The notes beneath the pieces are model-generated. The model was not told where the DNA came from, did not search any database, and saw nothing but the letters and a program-made list of their open reading frames with translations. Of a stretch of 64,000 nucleotides of DNA, positions 1-9,769 are shown piece after piece; the first letter of the stretch is position 1, and every line of letters begins with the position of its first letter. Location of the stretch: positions 308,246 to 372,245 of the forward strand of contig JBMOPW010000007.1 of the NCBI GenBank assembly GCA_049322915.1. The letters run 5' to 3'. Made by a program: the position numbers and the translations under genes. This DNA comes from Candidatus Zhuqueibacterota bacterium (GTDB lineage Bacteria; Zhuqueibacterota; Zhuqueibacteria; Thermofontimicrobiales; Thermofontimicrobiaceae).

Positions 1-277
1 GGGTTACATCATTATCTTCGACTGGGACAGACCTGATATGCTGGAGGCAACGAACAATGTCTTAGATTATTTTGCCACCAACTCTGATGTGCCCATCATT
101 GTCGTTGCCAATATCAGGACAAAAAAAGAACCACCAATTCCAAAAAAGTTTTTTCATCAAAATGGAATTCAGCTTTCTGCAAACGCCCGATTCACCTTCG
201 GCCATGTGGATGATGCACAGAGCGCCAAAAAGATCCTGAAACTACTCGTGAATATGCTCATCGACAGACTCTCGTAA
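1..277 (+). CDS. 5'-truncated protein ending in a small-GTPase-like (MglA/Arf-like) domain
   Basis: Frame is open from nt 2 (GYIIIFDWDRPDMLEA...DVPIIVVANIR); this resembles the strand-helix-strand leading to G4 in small GTPases. Confidence 0.5.
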   Translation, partial: GYIIIFDWDRPDMLEATNNVLDYFATNSDVPIIVVANIRTKKEPPIPKKFFHQNGIQLSANARFTFGHVDDAQSAKKILKLLVNMLIDRLS

Positions 278-436
278 CGTGCATCAATCCTGTATTTTTC
301 AACACGATGATTTTTGAACAGGTCATCCGCTGCAACATACTTGCAGTGAAAATATATGTGTGAAGGAATTGGAAACGCATTTTGGAGTGCAGGTTTTGAA
401 TTCTGATGATGATTGAAATGTAGGAGTCGAAAGCCA

Positions 437-832
437 ATGATTACCGAGACGAGCGCGGGTTTGAAACTCAGCGACAGGGTGAAAATTTTATACCATTTAT
501 TTCATAATGAAAAAATCAGTAAATTGATCGATGATCTGGACAACCGCGACGTTGTGGCGTTCCAGAAATATGTCTGGGAAAAGACTGTTGAATTCGGTAT
601 CGTGTGCCGCGGAAAACATTTCGATCGCAAGGAAGTAACCCGCAACATGACTCCAACGCCCAATTATCAACGCCAGCAAGGTTGTTCTGAACGAATTTAC
701 TATTGCAAAGGTACGCATTGCATTCACTCCAATCCGAATTGTGCGCGCAAAAAAATCAAAGAGCATGTGGATGTCATGTCCAATGCGATCAAGGAATACA
801 TCCTCATTGAGCGTCAAAGGGAGTTAAAATAA
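437..832 (+). CDS. hypothetical protein with a C-x6-C-x4-C-x6-C cluster
   Basis: AGGAG at 422-426 and ATG at 437; GCSERIYYCKGTHCIHSNPNC. Confidence 0.7.
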   Translation: MITETSAGLKLSDRVKILYHLFHNEKISKLIDDLDNRDVVAFQKYVWEKTVEFGIVCRGKHFDRKEVTRNMTPTPNYQRQQGCSERIYYCKGTHCIHSNPNCARKKIKEHVDVMSNAIKEYILIERQRELK

Positions 833-839
833 CTGTGCA

Positions 840-1751
840 ATGCTGAAGAAAACGCGTGCGGTACTGCCATTCCTGATCCTCCTGTTCACCCCCATTTTTT
901 CATACACTCAACGCATTGATTGGCGCGTCAAATCGGTGGTCCCGTTTTATGTCTACTTCCAGGAAAATGACCAGGCCAATGCTGATTTTGTCCTGAAAAC
1001 CTGCGTCAGCGCTCAGCAGAAGTTAGCCGCTGAGTTACAGACTCAACTCGACGATTCCATCACCATTTTTTTATCGCCATCGCAGCAAATATTCCAACAA
1101 ATGGTCGGCCAGCATATCCCGAAGTGGAGCAATGGTCTGGCTGCGCCTTTTTTCAATGTGATTGTTTTGAAGTCGCCCTCCTGGCTTTCCCCTGAAAATG
1201 ATATTCGCGCAATCATTGTTCACGAGTTGACCCATCTATTCGTCAACAAAGCAGCCGGTAGTCAACCGGTGCCGCGTTGGCTGAACGAAGGCCTGGCGAT
1301 TTATTATTCCGGCGAAAAAGCCTATGCCTCCGGTTCTCAGGTTTCGAAGGCGCTGTTGACGGGATCGCTCGTCGAGCTCAGCGACATCGACGATGTGCTT
1401 GAATTCCATCAGGAAAAAGCGCAGTTGGCGTACCAGCAGAGCTATCTGGCGGTTGTTTATTTGATCGGTCAGTATCAACTGCCTGCCGTGATGCGCATCC
1501 TCTCCGAAATCTCTTCAGGTAAAACCGGCAACGATGCCTTTCTGACCGCCATCGGAATAGACCTCTGGGATTTTGAGGACGATTGGGTCGAGTATGTCCG
1601 GAGCAAATTTCGGTGGAATTTTTTAATCGACTTCGATACTTATTTCTGGATTTTGTTATTATTATTGTTTATATTAGTCCTCGTTTTTATCAGGCGGAGA
1701 AATAGAAAAACTCTTCAACGGTGGGAATCGGAAGACTCGGATCTGGAATGA
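840..1751 (+). CDS. peptidase MA-like zinc metalloprotease, with signal peptide and C-terminal TM anchor
   Basis: HELTH plus PRWLNEGLA gluzincin motifs; hydrophobic N-terminus; C-terminal TM followed by RRR. Confidence 0.85.
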   Translation: MLKKTRAVLPFLILLFTPIFSYTQRIDWRVKSVVPFYVYFQENDQANADFVLKTCVSAQQKLAAELQTQLDDSITIFLSPSQQIFQQMVGQHIPKWSNGLAAPFFNVIVLKSPSWLSPENDIRAIIVHELTHLFVNKAAGSQPVPRWLNEGLAIYYSGEKAYASGSQVSKALLTGSLVELSDIDDVLEFHQEKAQLAYQQSYLAVVYLIGQYQLPAVMRILSEISSGKTGNDAFLTAIGIDLWDFEDDWVEYVRSKFRWNFLIDFDTYFWILLLLLFILVLVFIRRRNRKTLQRWESEDSDLE

Positions 1752-2665
1752 GGCAATCGTTAAAATATCGCGTCGAATACCTTCTCTCAAAATCGCTGGC
1801 GTTTTTTGGCAAGATAATACCGCACCCCCTGGCTCTCTTAATGGGAAAAGGGATCGGCGACCTTTTCTATTTTGTCATCGGAATTAGAAAACGTGTCGCA
1901 CTGGAAAATATGAACCGCGCGTTTCAGTCCAAAAGGACAGAGCAAGAAATACGGCATATTCTTCGGAACCACTATCAGCATATGGGCAAGGTGCTCATGG
2001 AATTTGCCTGCATTCCCAAATTGAATCGGGAGAACATTGCCGAAACCGTCGCAATTCACAATGCCGAAATATTGACCGACGCAAATGCCCGGGGCCACGG
2101 CGCCATTGTGCTTTCTGCTCATTTCGGGAACTGGGAGTATCTGGCAATGAGTCTGGCTAATTTGCCGACTCCGTTTTACGCTGTGTTCATGGAGCAGAAA
2201 AATTTAGCAGTCGATCAAATCATCAAAGAATATCGGATGAAGACAGGACTTCGTCCGCTGAAAGTGGGGGGAGCCGCTCGCGGCGTGATCATGGCGCTGC
2301 GGGAGGGCAGCAATGTGTTGACGCTGCTGGACCAGGATGGCGGCTGGGATGGCAAATTTGTAAAATTTTTTGGCGCGCCGGCTTCTACTTCGACAGGTCC
2401 CATTTCCATAGCACTTCGCTACAAGGCGCCCATCCTGTTAGCCATGAGCGCGCGGGAGAAGGATAACAGGATTCACATCTATCTCGAAAAAATTTTAGAA
2501 ATAGGCGCCCTGCCTGACTCGGATGAAAGCGTTGAATGGGTACTCCATCAGTACCATGCAAAGCTCGAACACTACATCGACCGCTACCCGGAACAATGGT
2601 TCTGGATGCACCGCCGCTGGAAAACGCCGCCGCCTGAATCCCGTCACGCACGCACCAGGGAATAG
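1748..2665 (+). CDS. lpxL: lipid A biosynthesis lysophospholipid acyltransferase (LpxL/HtrB family)
   Basis: SAHFGNWE, LDQD, FFG and PEQWFWMHRRWK motifs; ATGA overlap with the upstream gene. Confidence 0.88.
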   Translation: MRQSLKYRVEYLLSKSLAFFGKIIPHPLALLMGKGIGDLFYFVIGIRKRVALENMNRAFQSKRTEQEIRHILRNHYQHMGKVLMEFACIPKLNRENIAETVAIHNAEILTDANARGHGAIVLSAHFGNWEYLAMSLANLPTPFYAVFMEQKNLAVDQIIKEYRMKTGLRPLKVGGAARGVIMALREGSNVLTLLDQDGGWDGKFVKFFGAPASTSTGPISIALRYKAPILLAMSAREKDNRIHIYLEKILEIGALPDSDESVEWVLHQYHAKLEHYIDRYPEQWFWMHRRWKTPPPESRHARTRE

Positions 2666-2705
2666 GTGTGATTTTCCCGCCTGTTCGTTATTGAGTGTAT
2701 ACCGC

Positions 2706-3764
2706 ATGAAAAAAATTCTGATCGTACATACTGCATTTATTGGCGATATCATTTTAGCGACGCCGCTCATTGAAGCTGTCAAAGATCGCTTCGCGGATGC
2801 GCAGATCGATTTTGTGGCGATCCCGGCCACGGCCAATCTGCTGGAGACGAATCCCTTTTTGCGGGAAGTGATTGTCTACGACAAAAAAAATCGGGATAAG
2901 GGATTTCGGCGCGCCGCTCAACTGGCGCAACGTCTGCGACGCACAGCCTACGACCTGGCAATTGTGCCGCATCGGTCGTTGCGCAGCGCTTTGATCGTGT
3001 TCAGCGCCGGCATCCGGAAACGAATTGGCTTCGACAGGAGCGCCGGAGCGTTTTTGTTCACCGAGCGGGTTCGTTACAACAGGGACGCGCACGAGGTGGA
3101 GCGGAATCTGGCTTTGGTCGGATTGAGTGAATCTGAAATCAAAAAATATTCGCCGCGAATTTTTCTGGATGAATCGGACAAGGCCGGTGTTGATCTGTTC
3201 CTTGAGAAATTTGCATTGGCCGGGAAAAGCGCATTTGTGGCGATGGCGCCGGGTTCGGTCTGGCTAACAAAGCGCTGGACTGAAGACGGTTTTGCCGACG
3301 TCATTCACAAGCTCGTCGAATCGGAAGATTCGCTGCGCGTCATTTTGATCGGCGGGAAACAGGATGGCGAAGTGTGTCGGCGGCTGACCGACAGATTTCC
3401 CGACCACGTCATCAATACTGCCGGTCAATTCAGCTTGCGACAGTCGGCCTATCTCATATCACGCTGCCGGGCGCTGATCTGCAATGACAGCGGCCCCATG
3501 CATCTGGGCGTTGCTGTCGGGACCAGAGTGATTGCCATTTTTGGTCCAACCGTGCCGGCGTTTGGATTCGCACCCTACGGCGACGGGCATATTGTGGTGG
3601 AGCATCCTGGACTGTATTGCCGACCCTGTCATATTCACGGGCCGAGCAAATGCCCGGAAAAACATTTTCGATGTATGAAAGAAATCTCCGGCGACGATGT
3701 ATTGCGCGCAGTCCGCGCTGCGACTGGCCCTGTTGCCACGAACTCGCTGGATAGCAGCCGATGA
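2706..3764 (+). CDS. waaF: lipopolysaccharide heptosyltransferase II (GT9)
   Basis: IGDIILATP, APGSVWLTKRW, NDSGPMHL and IFGPT motifs; C-terminal CRPC..HG..KCP. Confidence 0.85.
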   Translation: MKKILIVHTAFIGDIILATPLIEAVKDRFADAQIDFVAIPATANLLETNPFLREVIVYDKKNRDKGFRRAAQLAQRLRRTAYDLAIVPHRSLRSALIVFSAGIRKRIGFDRSAGAFLFTERVRYNRDAHEVERNLALVGLSESEIKKYSPRIFLDESDKAGVDLFLEKFALAGKSAFVAMAPGSVWLTKRWTEDGFADVIHKLVESEDSLRVILIGGKQDGEVCRRLTDRFPDHVINTAGQFSLRQSAYLISRCRALICNDSGPMHLGVAVGTRVIAIFGPTVPAFGFAPYGDGHIVVEHPGLYCRPCHIHGPSKCPEKHFRCMKEISGDDVLRAVRAATGPVATNSLDSSR

Positions 3765-3942
3765 GCGACTGTGCCCGGCGCCCGCGCTTTCGATGCGCAT
3801 TGCGACAGCGCAGAGAGTCGCTCGAAATTCCGGACGATAGCAGATGCGCTCTGAATGAATCAATGGCTCTGGCCGTACAGTCTCGAGCGGCAGTACCCCG
3901 GCTGTCGTTGTTCACGTTCATTTGTCCGAGGCGGAGCGAACC

Positions 3943-4581
3943 ATGATGATGCTGAAAATCAATCCGGTTCATCCTGAATCCGAACGAATTCACCGCGCGG
4001 CTGAAATTATTATGAGCGGCGGCGTAATTGGCTACCCCACGGAAACGGTGTACGGACTGGGCGCTAACGCCTTCCTGCCCGACGCAGTTGAGAGAATCTT
4101 CACGCTCAAACAGCGCGTTGCCTCTCAGGCCATTCTGTTGATTGCAGCCGATCTGGATCAGGTGGCGCAACTCGTGTCGGAAATACCGAATGTTGCACTG
4201 AGGTTGGCCGAGTCTTTCTGGCCCGGGCCGCTCACGCTCATATTCAATGCCGGGCCAAAAGTCATCCCTGAATTGACCGGCGCATCCGGCACGGTGGGCG
4301 TGCGCATTCCGGGCAATGCCATTTGTCTTGAGCTATTGAAGGCAACCGGCATTCCCATCACATCCACCAGCGCCAATATTTCAGGGCAACAAAATCCAAT
4401 TTCGGCGGAGGAAGTGTTAAAGTATTTTGGCGAAAGGCTCGATTTAATAATTGACGGTGGAAAGACCCCGTCGCGCGTTCCTTCGACCGTGCTGTCGCTC
4501 GTGGACAGCAGGCCTGTGCTGATTCGCGAGGGCGCGATTCAGAAATCTGACATCGAAAAAATCATAGGGATCAAATTTTGA
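3943..4581 (+). CDS. tsaC: L-threonylcarbamoyladenylate synthase (YrdC/Sua5 N-terminal domain only)
   Basis: YPTETVYGL, FWPGPLT, STSANISG and PSTV motifs. Confidence 0.93.
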   Translation: MMMLKINPVHPESERIHRAAEIIMSGGVIGYPTETVYGLGANAFLPDAVERIFTLKQRVASQAILLIAADLDQVAQLVSEIPNVALRLAESFWPGPLTLIFNAGPKVIPELTGASGTVGVRIPGNAICLELLKATGIPITSTSANISGQQNPISAEEVLKYFGERLDLIIDGGKTPSRVPSTVLSLVDSRPVLIREGAIQKSDIEKIIGIKF

Positions 4582-4592
4582 AGACTCCAAAG

Positions 4593-5099
4593 ATGAATGA
4601 ACCGGAAAATTACACCATCCTGTTTGTCTGCTCCGGAAATAGCTGCCGAAGTCCCATTGCCGAAGGGCTGCTGAAGAAGAAATTGTATCCGGACTATGGC
4701 AGTCAACTGAAGGTGAAATCGGCTGGTACGCTGGGAATAAACGGGAATCCGGCCACATTGCACGCCATCGCAGTGGCCAAAGAGAACGGCGTGGATATTT
4801 CCAGCCATGTCTCGCGGGGAGTGACAGAGCAATTGCTGGCCGAAGCGGATCTGGTGATTGTCATGGCCGAACACCACAAAGAATATCTGGATCGCCACTT
4901 TCCCCGGTACCAGGAAAATGTTTTTCTGCTCAAATTATTTGGCCTCAAAGGAGATAAGCCTGAAAAGATCAATATCAAAGATCCCATCGGCGAAAACCTG
5001 TCATTCTATCGACGCGTTCTCAGCGACATCGATCGCGAGCTGGATCGAGCCATTCCTCAGATAAAATTATTCATTGATGACAAAATCAAGAAAAATTAA
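4593..5099 (+). CDS. low-molecular-weight protein phosphatase, probably arginine phosphatase (YwlE-like)
   Basis: P-loop CSGNSCRS, SAGT, DPIG; alternative TTG start at 4578. Confidence 0.85.
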   Translation: MNEPENYTILFVCSGNSCRSPIAEGLLKKKLYPDYGSQLKVKSAGTLGINGNPATLHAIAVAKENGVDISSHVSRGVTEQLLAEADLVIVMAEHHKEYLDRHFPRYQENVFLLKLFGLKGDKPEKINIKDPIGENLSFYRRVLSDIDRELDRAIPQIKLFIDDKIKKN

Positions 5100-5123
5100 C
5101 CGCTGTAACCTTGCAAGGGAACT

Positions 5124-6176
5124 TTGGATTTATTGGATTTAAAAAAGATATTGGTGATTCGTACTGACCGTATCGGCGATGTGGTCCTGTCAACGCCGGT
5201 GTTGACTGCCCTGAAATCGCGCTACCCGCAGAGTCACGTGACCATGATGGTTCGCCCCTACACCCGGGAAATTGTCGAAGGCCACCCGGATGTGGATGAA
5301 ATTCTTGTCTTCGATGAACGCGTGTTGTCGGATAAAGTCGCCTACCGTTCATTCGTCCGGGAGATTCGGAATCGGCGTTTCGACGCGGCAATCACGGTGT
5401 ACCCCACGTTTCGGTTGGCCCGGCTCATTTACGCCAGCAAAATTCCGGTCCGATTGGGCACCGGCTATCGCTGGTATTCGATCCTTTTCAACAGGCGGGT
5501 GTACGAACACAGGAAACTCTCACTGCGTCACGAGCTTGAATACAATTTGCGAATGCTGCAAAAAATCGGGGTGCCCTACCCGGAGATGATCGATTTCAAG
5601 TTTAACGTCCCTGAATCTGCGTTGCAACGGGCGCGCGACTGGTTTACCTCGAATTCAATCGATCCGACAAGAGACAAAATTGTGCTAGTTCATCCTGGCA
5701 GCGGCGGTTCCGCGCTGGACTGGCCATTGGAGAAATTCGCGGCGTTCAGCGATGCATTGAACCAAATCCGGGACGTGAAAGTCATACTGACGGGCGGTCC
5801 CAATGAGCACGAGGTTGTGGACAAAGTGTACCAATTGACCCAGTCCCGGCCGATGCGCGCGGTGGGGATTTTTTCCATCAAGGAAATGGCAGCGTTCATC
5901 AGACTGTCACATTTGTTTGTGGCCAACAGCACCGGCCCGCTGCACATCGCTGTGGCAGTGGGCACTGAAGTGATTGGCTTTTTTTGTCCGCTGGTTCCGT
6001 GTCTGCCGCAACGGTGGGGGCCCTATGGCCGGATTGCGGATTCGGTTTTAATGCCGGAGGTGGATGCCTGTAAAAAATGCACGCGCAAAGGCTGCAAAAA
6101 CTGGAACTGTATGGAAATGATATCCGTAGAAAATGCCATGCACATGGCGAAAAATAAACTGAAGGTTGAAGCATGA
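5124..6176 (+). CDS. glycosyltransferase family 9 (LPS heptosyltransferase-like)
   Basis: RTDRIGDVVLSTP, HPGSGGSALDW and NSTGPLHIA motifs. Confidence 0.88.
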   Translation: MDLLDLKKILVIRTDRIGDVVLSTPVLTALKSRYPQSHVTMMVRPYTREIVEGHPDVDEILVFDERVLSDKVAYRSFVREIRNRRFDAAITVYPTFRLARLIYASKIPVRLGTGYRWYSILFNRRVYEHRKLSLRHELEYNLRMLQKIGVPYPEMIDFKFNVPESALQRARDWFTSNSIDPTRDKIVLVHPGSGGSALDWPLEKFAAFSDALNQIRDVKVILTGGPNEHEVVDKVYQLTQSRPMRAVGIFSIKEMAAFIRLSHLFVANSTGPLHIAVAVGTEVIGFFCPLVPCLPQRWGPYGRIADSVLMPEVDACKKCTRKGCKNWNCMEMISVENAMHMAKNKLKVEA

Positions 6177-7255
6177 AGAAGTACCCGGGACGCGCGAATG
6201 CATCCATGAAAGAAAAGCGCCGCCTGCAGGGAAACATTATCCTGGGCATCAGTCTGGTATGTCTATTCCAGGCGTGGGCGCAACAGGGACAGAAGTCAGC
6301 GGCGGACACGACCAAAGCGAAAGAGGCAGCCACGGCGATTCCGGCTTTGGAATATGCAGCCCTGCCGGACTCGGTTATTCCGGACAGCACGGTTCACCTG
6401 CTGGATTCTTTGAAAAATATATCGGACGTAGATGAAATTCTGGAGAATGAAAATTATATCATTCCCACGCCTGAGGATACGGTTGGTAAAATTAAGCTGC
6501 CCGTCAACGTGAAGAAAGACCAGTTCGCCTGGTTCGACGCAATGCAGTCCATCGATCGCGTTGTTGACAATGAGGCGTTTCAGGTCGGCGAGAAATTGAC
6601 ATTCACCATTCGGTATGGCATCATCAAAGCCGGTTCAGCCACCATGGGCATCCCGGATGAGGTGAAAGTACGGGGAAATAAAAGCTATAAAATTGTCACC
6701 GAAGCGCGATCCAGCAACTTTTTCTCAGCATTTTACAAAGTGCGCGACCGCGTTGAGTCCATCATGGATAAGGATGGATTATTTACGTGGCATTTCAAGA
6801 AGCAGCTTCGCGAGGGCAAGTATCGCGCGGAGCAATCGGTGGAGTACAACCAGGTCGCTGGTTGGGCAGTCACCAATAAAAAGGATAGCCTGCGCATTCC
6901 GCCCTGCGTCCAGGACATTCTCACGTCGTTCTATTACATCCGCACAAAAAACCTGGAGGTGGGAAAATCGCATTACATCGACAACCATGCCGACAATCGG
7001 CTCTATCCCCTCGAAGTGAAAGTGCATAAAAAAGAGCGCGTCAAGGTGGGCGCCGGGGAGTTCAACTGCATTGTCGTGGAGCCCATTATTCGCGCGAGCG
7101 GATTGTTCAAACAAAAAGGCCGGCTGCTGGTTTGGCTTTCGGATGATGAACGCAAGGTTCCGGTGCAGATGAAGAGCAAAATTATCATCGGTTACATCAC
7201 CGCCGAACTGATGAAAATGGAAGGAGTGAAAAAGCCGAACCATGCCCAATTATGA
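6173..7255 (+). CDS. DUF3108 domain exported protein
   Basis: Signal peptide; AFQVGEKLTF.IRYG, YKVRDR.ES and VWLSDDERKVPVQMKS patterns. Confidence 0.75.
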   Translation: MKKYPGRANASMKEKRRLQGNIILGISLVCLFQAWAQQGQKSAADTTKAKEAATAIPALEYAALPDSVIPDSTVHLLDSLKNISDVDEILENENYIIPTPEDTVGKIKLPVNVKKDQFAWFDAMQSIDRVVDNEAFQVGEKLTFTIRYGIIKAGSATMGIPDEVKVRGNKSYKIVTEARSSNFFSAFYKVRDRVESIMDKDGLFTWHFKKQLREGKYRAEQSVEYNQVAGWAVTNKKDSLRIPPCVQDILTSFYYIRTKNLEVGKSHYIDNHADNRLYPLEVKVHKKERVKVGAGEFNCIVVEPIIRASGLFKQKGRLLVWLSDDERKVPVQMKSKIIIGYITAELMKMEGVKKPNHAQL

Positions 7256-8207
7256 AAAAATTGATCTCTCGAAAATAACCACCTATTCGATACAAGACCG
7301 TCCCAGTAAAGTCGCTATTGCCACCTTTGCCCGACGCTATCAACCTGGCGCCGGTTTCGCTAATTTCATTGACAACCTGCCGCAAATTCTCATCGGCGCT
7401 GATTTCAAAGAACTCGTCGAACGGATCGTTCAGGCGCGAAGGGCGAACAAGCAGATCATCGCCATGATGGGCGCGCATGTCATCAAATGCGGCCTCAGCC
7501 CGCTCATCATTCAATTGATGGAGGAAGGCGTCATCCACGCGCTGGCGCTGAACGGCGCAGGGGTGATTCACGATACTGAAATCGCCAACTGGGGATATAC
7601 GTCCGAAGACGTGGCCGAAGCGCTCAACAACGGCAGCTTCGGCATGGTGCGCGAGACCGCCGATTTTATCAATGGTGCGCTGGAATCAGGTCGCGCTCAG
7701 GGATTGGGACTTGGCGAGTCGGTTGGCAAGCGAATTCTGGAAGCGAACAGCCGGAACGCCCATTTGAGCGTATTGGCCAATGGCTATAAAAACAATGTCC
7801 CGGTGACGGTGCACGTGGCAATTGGGACGGATATCATTCATCAGCACCCAAATACCAACGGCGCCACTGTGGGGGAGTTGAGCTTCCGCGATTTCCAGAT
7901 TTTTGCGCATCAGGTCAGTCGATTGGAACCTGGCAGTGTGGTGCTCAATCTGGGCTCCGCTGTCATTCTGCCTGAAGTTTTTCTCAAAGCGCTCACCGTT
8001 GCCCGCAATCTGGGACACAACGCCCATGGGTTTTTCACAGCAAATTTTGATATGCTCCGCCACTACCGGCCCCTGGTCAATGTCGTGCAGCGTCCGACCC
8101 AGACCGGCGGCAAAGGGTATCAGTTCACCGGCCATCATGAAATCATGATTCCGCTGCTGGCGGCTGCGGTGCTGGAAAAACTGGCATCTTCGGATACACC
8201 GCAATAG
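7242..8207 (+). CDS. deoxyhypusine-synthase-like NAD-binding protein (GSU2086-like family)
   Basis: MMGAHVIKCGLSP...ALNGAGVIHD, GSAVILPEVFLKA and GHHEIMIPLL motifs. Confidence 0.75.
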   Translation: MPNYEKIDLSKITTYSIQDRPSKVAIATFARRYQPGAGFANFIDNLPQILIGADFKELVERIVQARRANKQIIAMMGAHVIKCGLSPLIIQLMEEGVIHALALNGAGVIHDTEIANWGYTSEDVAEALNNGSFGMVRETADFINGALESGRAQGLGLGESVGKRILEANSRNAHLSVLANGYKNNVPVTVHVAIGTDIIHQHPNTNGATVGELSFRDFQIFAHQVSRLEPGSVVLNLGSAVILPEVFLKALTVARNLGHNAHGFFTANFDMLRHYRPLVNVVQRPTQTGGKGYQFTGHHEIMIPLLAAAVLEKLASSDTPQ

Positions 8208-8501
8208 CGACTTCACCATCCCGCCGACGACATGCCGGCAAGGCGCATGGCGAGGCAAACTCCCTATTCCGCACAATGTAAACAAATGGTTATTTATCTG
8301 TAACGACTGTGTAATATGAAATGATTATCATATCCTGCAACCGATTGAAATGCTTCACAGGGTAAGAAGCAATTTCAGCGACAGGCCAGGTTTTGTTCTT
8401 TCTTATACTCTATTGCCTGAGGCGTATCCTTCAAGTTTACCTGGCCTGACGCATTTTTAACCCATCTGAGAATTGACACCTGCCAACGAAAGGATTCGGG
8501 G

Positions 8502-8756
8502 ATGAAGACTGAGGAAGAACTTGCACTGGAATTTTTTAATACGGTACGTGGCAAATACATCATTTCAAAAGCGCTGTTTCTGGCGATCGAGCACCTGGAG
8601 TCTCAGAAAGAAAACAACACCAACGCCAATCTCATCTTCGAGATGAAATATCTGATGGATAATTTATTCCCTCTGTGCAAAAAGCTTTACGAAACAAACG
8701 CGCCCGGACAAGCGAAACAGCAGCGCCTGTCAGCGTCGCCTCATTTCGAAAAGTAA
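8502..8756 (+). CDS. small hypothetical protein
   Basis: 84-aa ORF with helical, globular-looking composition; AAGGA upstream. Confidence 0.55.
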   Translation: MKTEEELALEFFNTVRGKYIISKALFLAIEHLESQKENNTNANLIFEMKYLMDNLFPLCKKLYETNAPGQAKQQRLSASPHFEK

Positions 8757-8929
8757 TTTGCTGAAGCCAGATGGGCGCCATCGCAACGATCGCAGTTATG
8801 TTCTAGAGAGCAGACATCAGGGCAGCAATAGAGACGTCCGCGGTTGAACATTCTCGCTGCTCCGATTCCAGTGAAATCAAGTGGAAATGACATACATAAT
8901 TCATTGTTCGAGAATTCAATTACAACCAA

Positions 8930-9751
8930 ATGCAAAAAATGGTTCGAAAAATAAACCACACAACACGACTGGCATGGCTTCTGTTCCTGGCCATCATTTC
9001 TCTGCCAGCCCTATCATTCGGCCAGGACGCATCGCCGCTGTTTGTCGTCGGCCAGAAATTGCAGTACCGGGTACACTGGATGCACATTCATCTGGGGACG
9101 GTCACGTTTCACATCAGCGACAGCCTGCAGATGCACGACGAGACTGTCTATCGGGTTCGATTCGATATCGATTCCAATCCGATGCTCTTCTTTGTCGACA
9201 TCCACAATCACTACGAAAGCTACGTGGACGCCCAATACCGGCCTCATCTCTACGTTTCAAATGAGCATGAAGAAGAGGTTGTGAAGCAGTTGCGCTACGA
9301 GTTCAATTACGCGCAACGCCAAATATCAGCCCGAAAAGAGATTCTGGCCGACAGCCTGGAAAGGTATGAAACGACCATCCCATTGCAGCAGCCGGTGTTC
9401 GAGGGAATGTCGCTGCTTTTTTATCTCCGCAACCAGGTGCATCAGAAAAAGGCCGATGAACTCAGTATCATTGAAAATTGTGAACTGAAAACGCTCACCA
9501 TTGAAAACACCCTGGCGCTGAAGAGAATGCCGTCCGTGACTGACGGTGCGGCGATTGAAGCCTATGAGCTGTTAGGCCATGCAAAATTCGCCTCGACCGC
9601 CGGACTGTCCGGAAAATTCCGCATCTGGGTGTCGAACGATGCGCATCGCATCCCGTTGAAGATCGAACTGAACGTGTTCCTCGGAAAGATAAAGATGGTG
9701 CTGGAACACTGGCATGATCCCAATGTCCTGGCGGCTAAGTTCGCGGAGTGA
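8930..9751 (+). CDS. DUF3108 domain exported protein
   Basis: Signal peptide; GQKLQYRVHW and IWVSNDAHRIPLKIELNVFLG patterns. Confidence 0.72.
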   Translation: MQKMVRKINHTTRLAWLLFLAIISLPALSFGQDASPLFVVGQKLQYRVHWMHIHLGTVTFHISDSLQMHDETVYRVRFDIDSNPMLFFVDIHNHYESYVDAQYRPHLYVSNEHEEEVVKQLRYEFNYAQRQISARKEILADSLERYETTIPLQQPVFEGMSLLFYLRNQVHQKKADELSIIENCELKTLTIENTLALKRMPSVTDGAAIEAYELLGHAKFASTAGLSGKFRIWVSNDAHRIPLKIELNVFLGKIKMVLEHWHDPNVLAAKFAE

Positions 9752-9769
9752 TGCGGACAGCCGTTGCGG

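Noticed and set aside
2523..2705. N-terminal extension of waaF in the ORF track
   Set aside because: Overlaps lpxL; the GT9 fold begins at MKKILIV (2706)
3761..3946. 61-aa ORF bridging waaF and tsaC
   Set aside because: Arg-rich, atypical composition and no recognisable family, although it overlaps both neighbours by 4 nt
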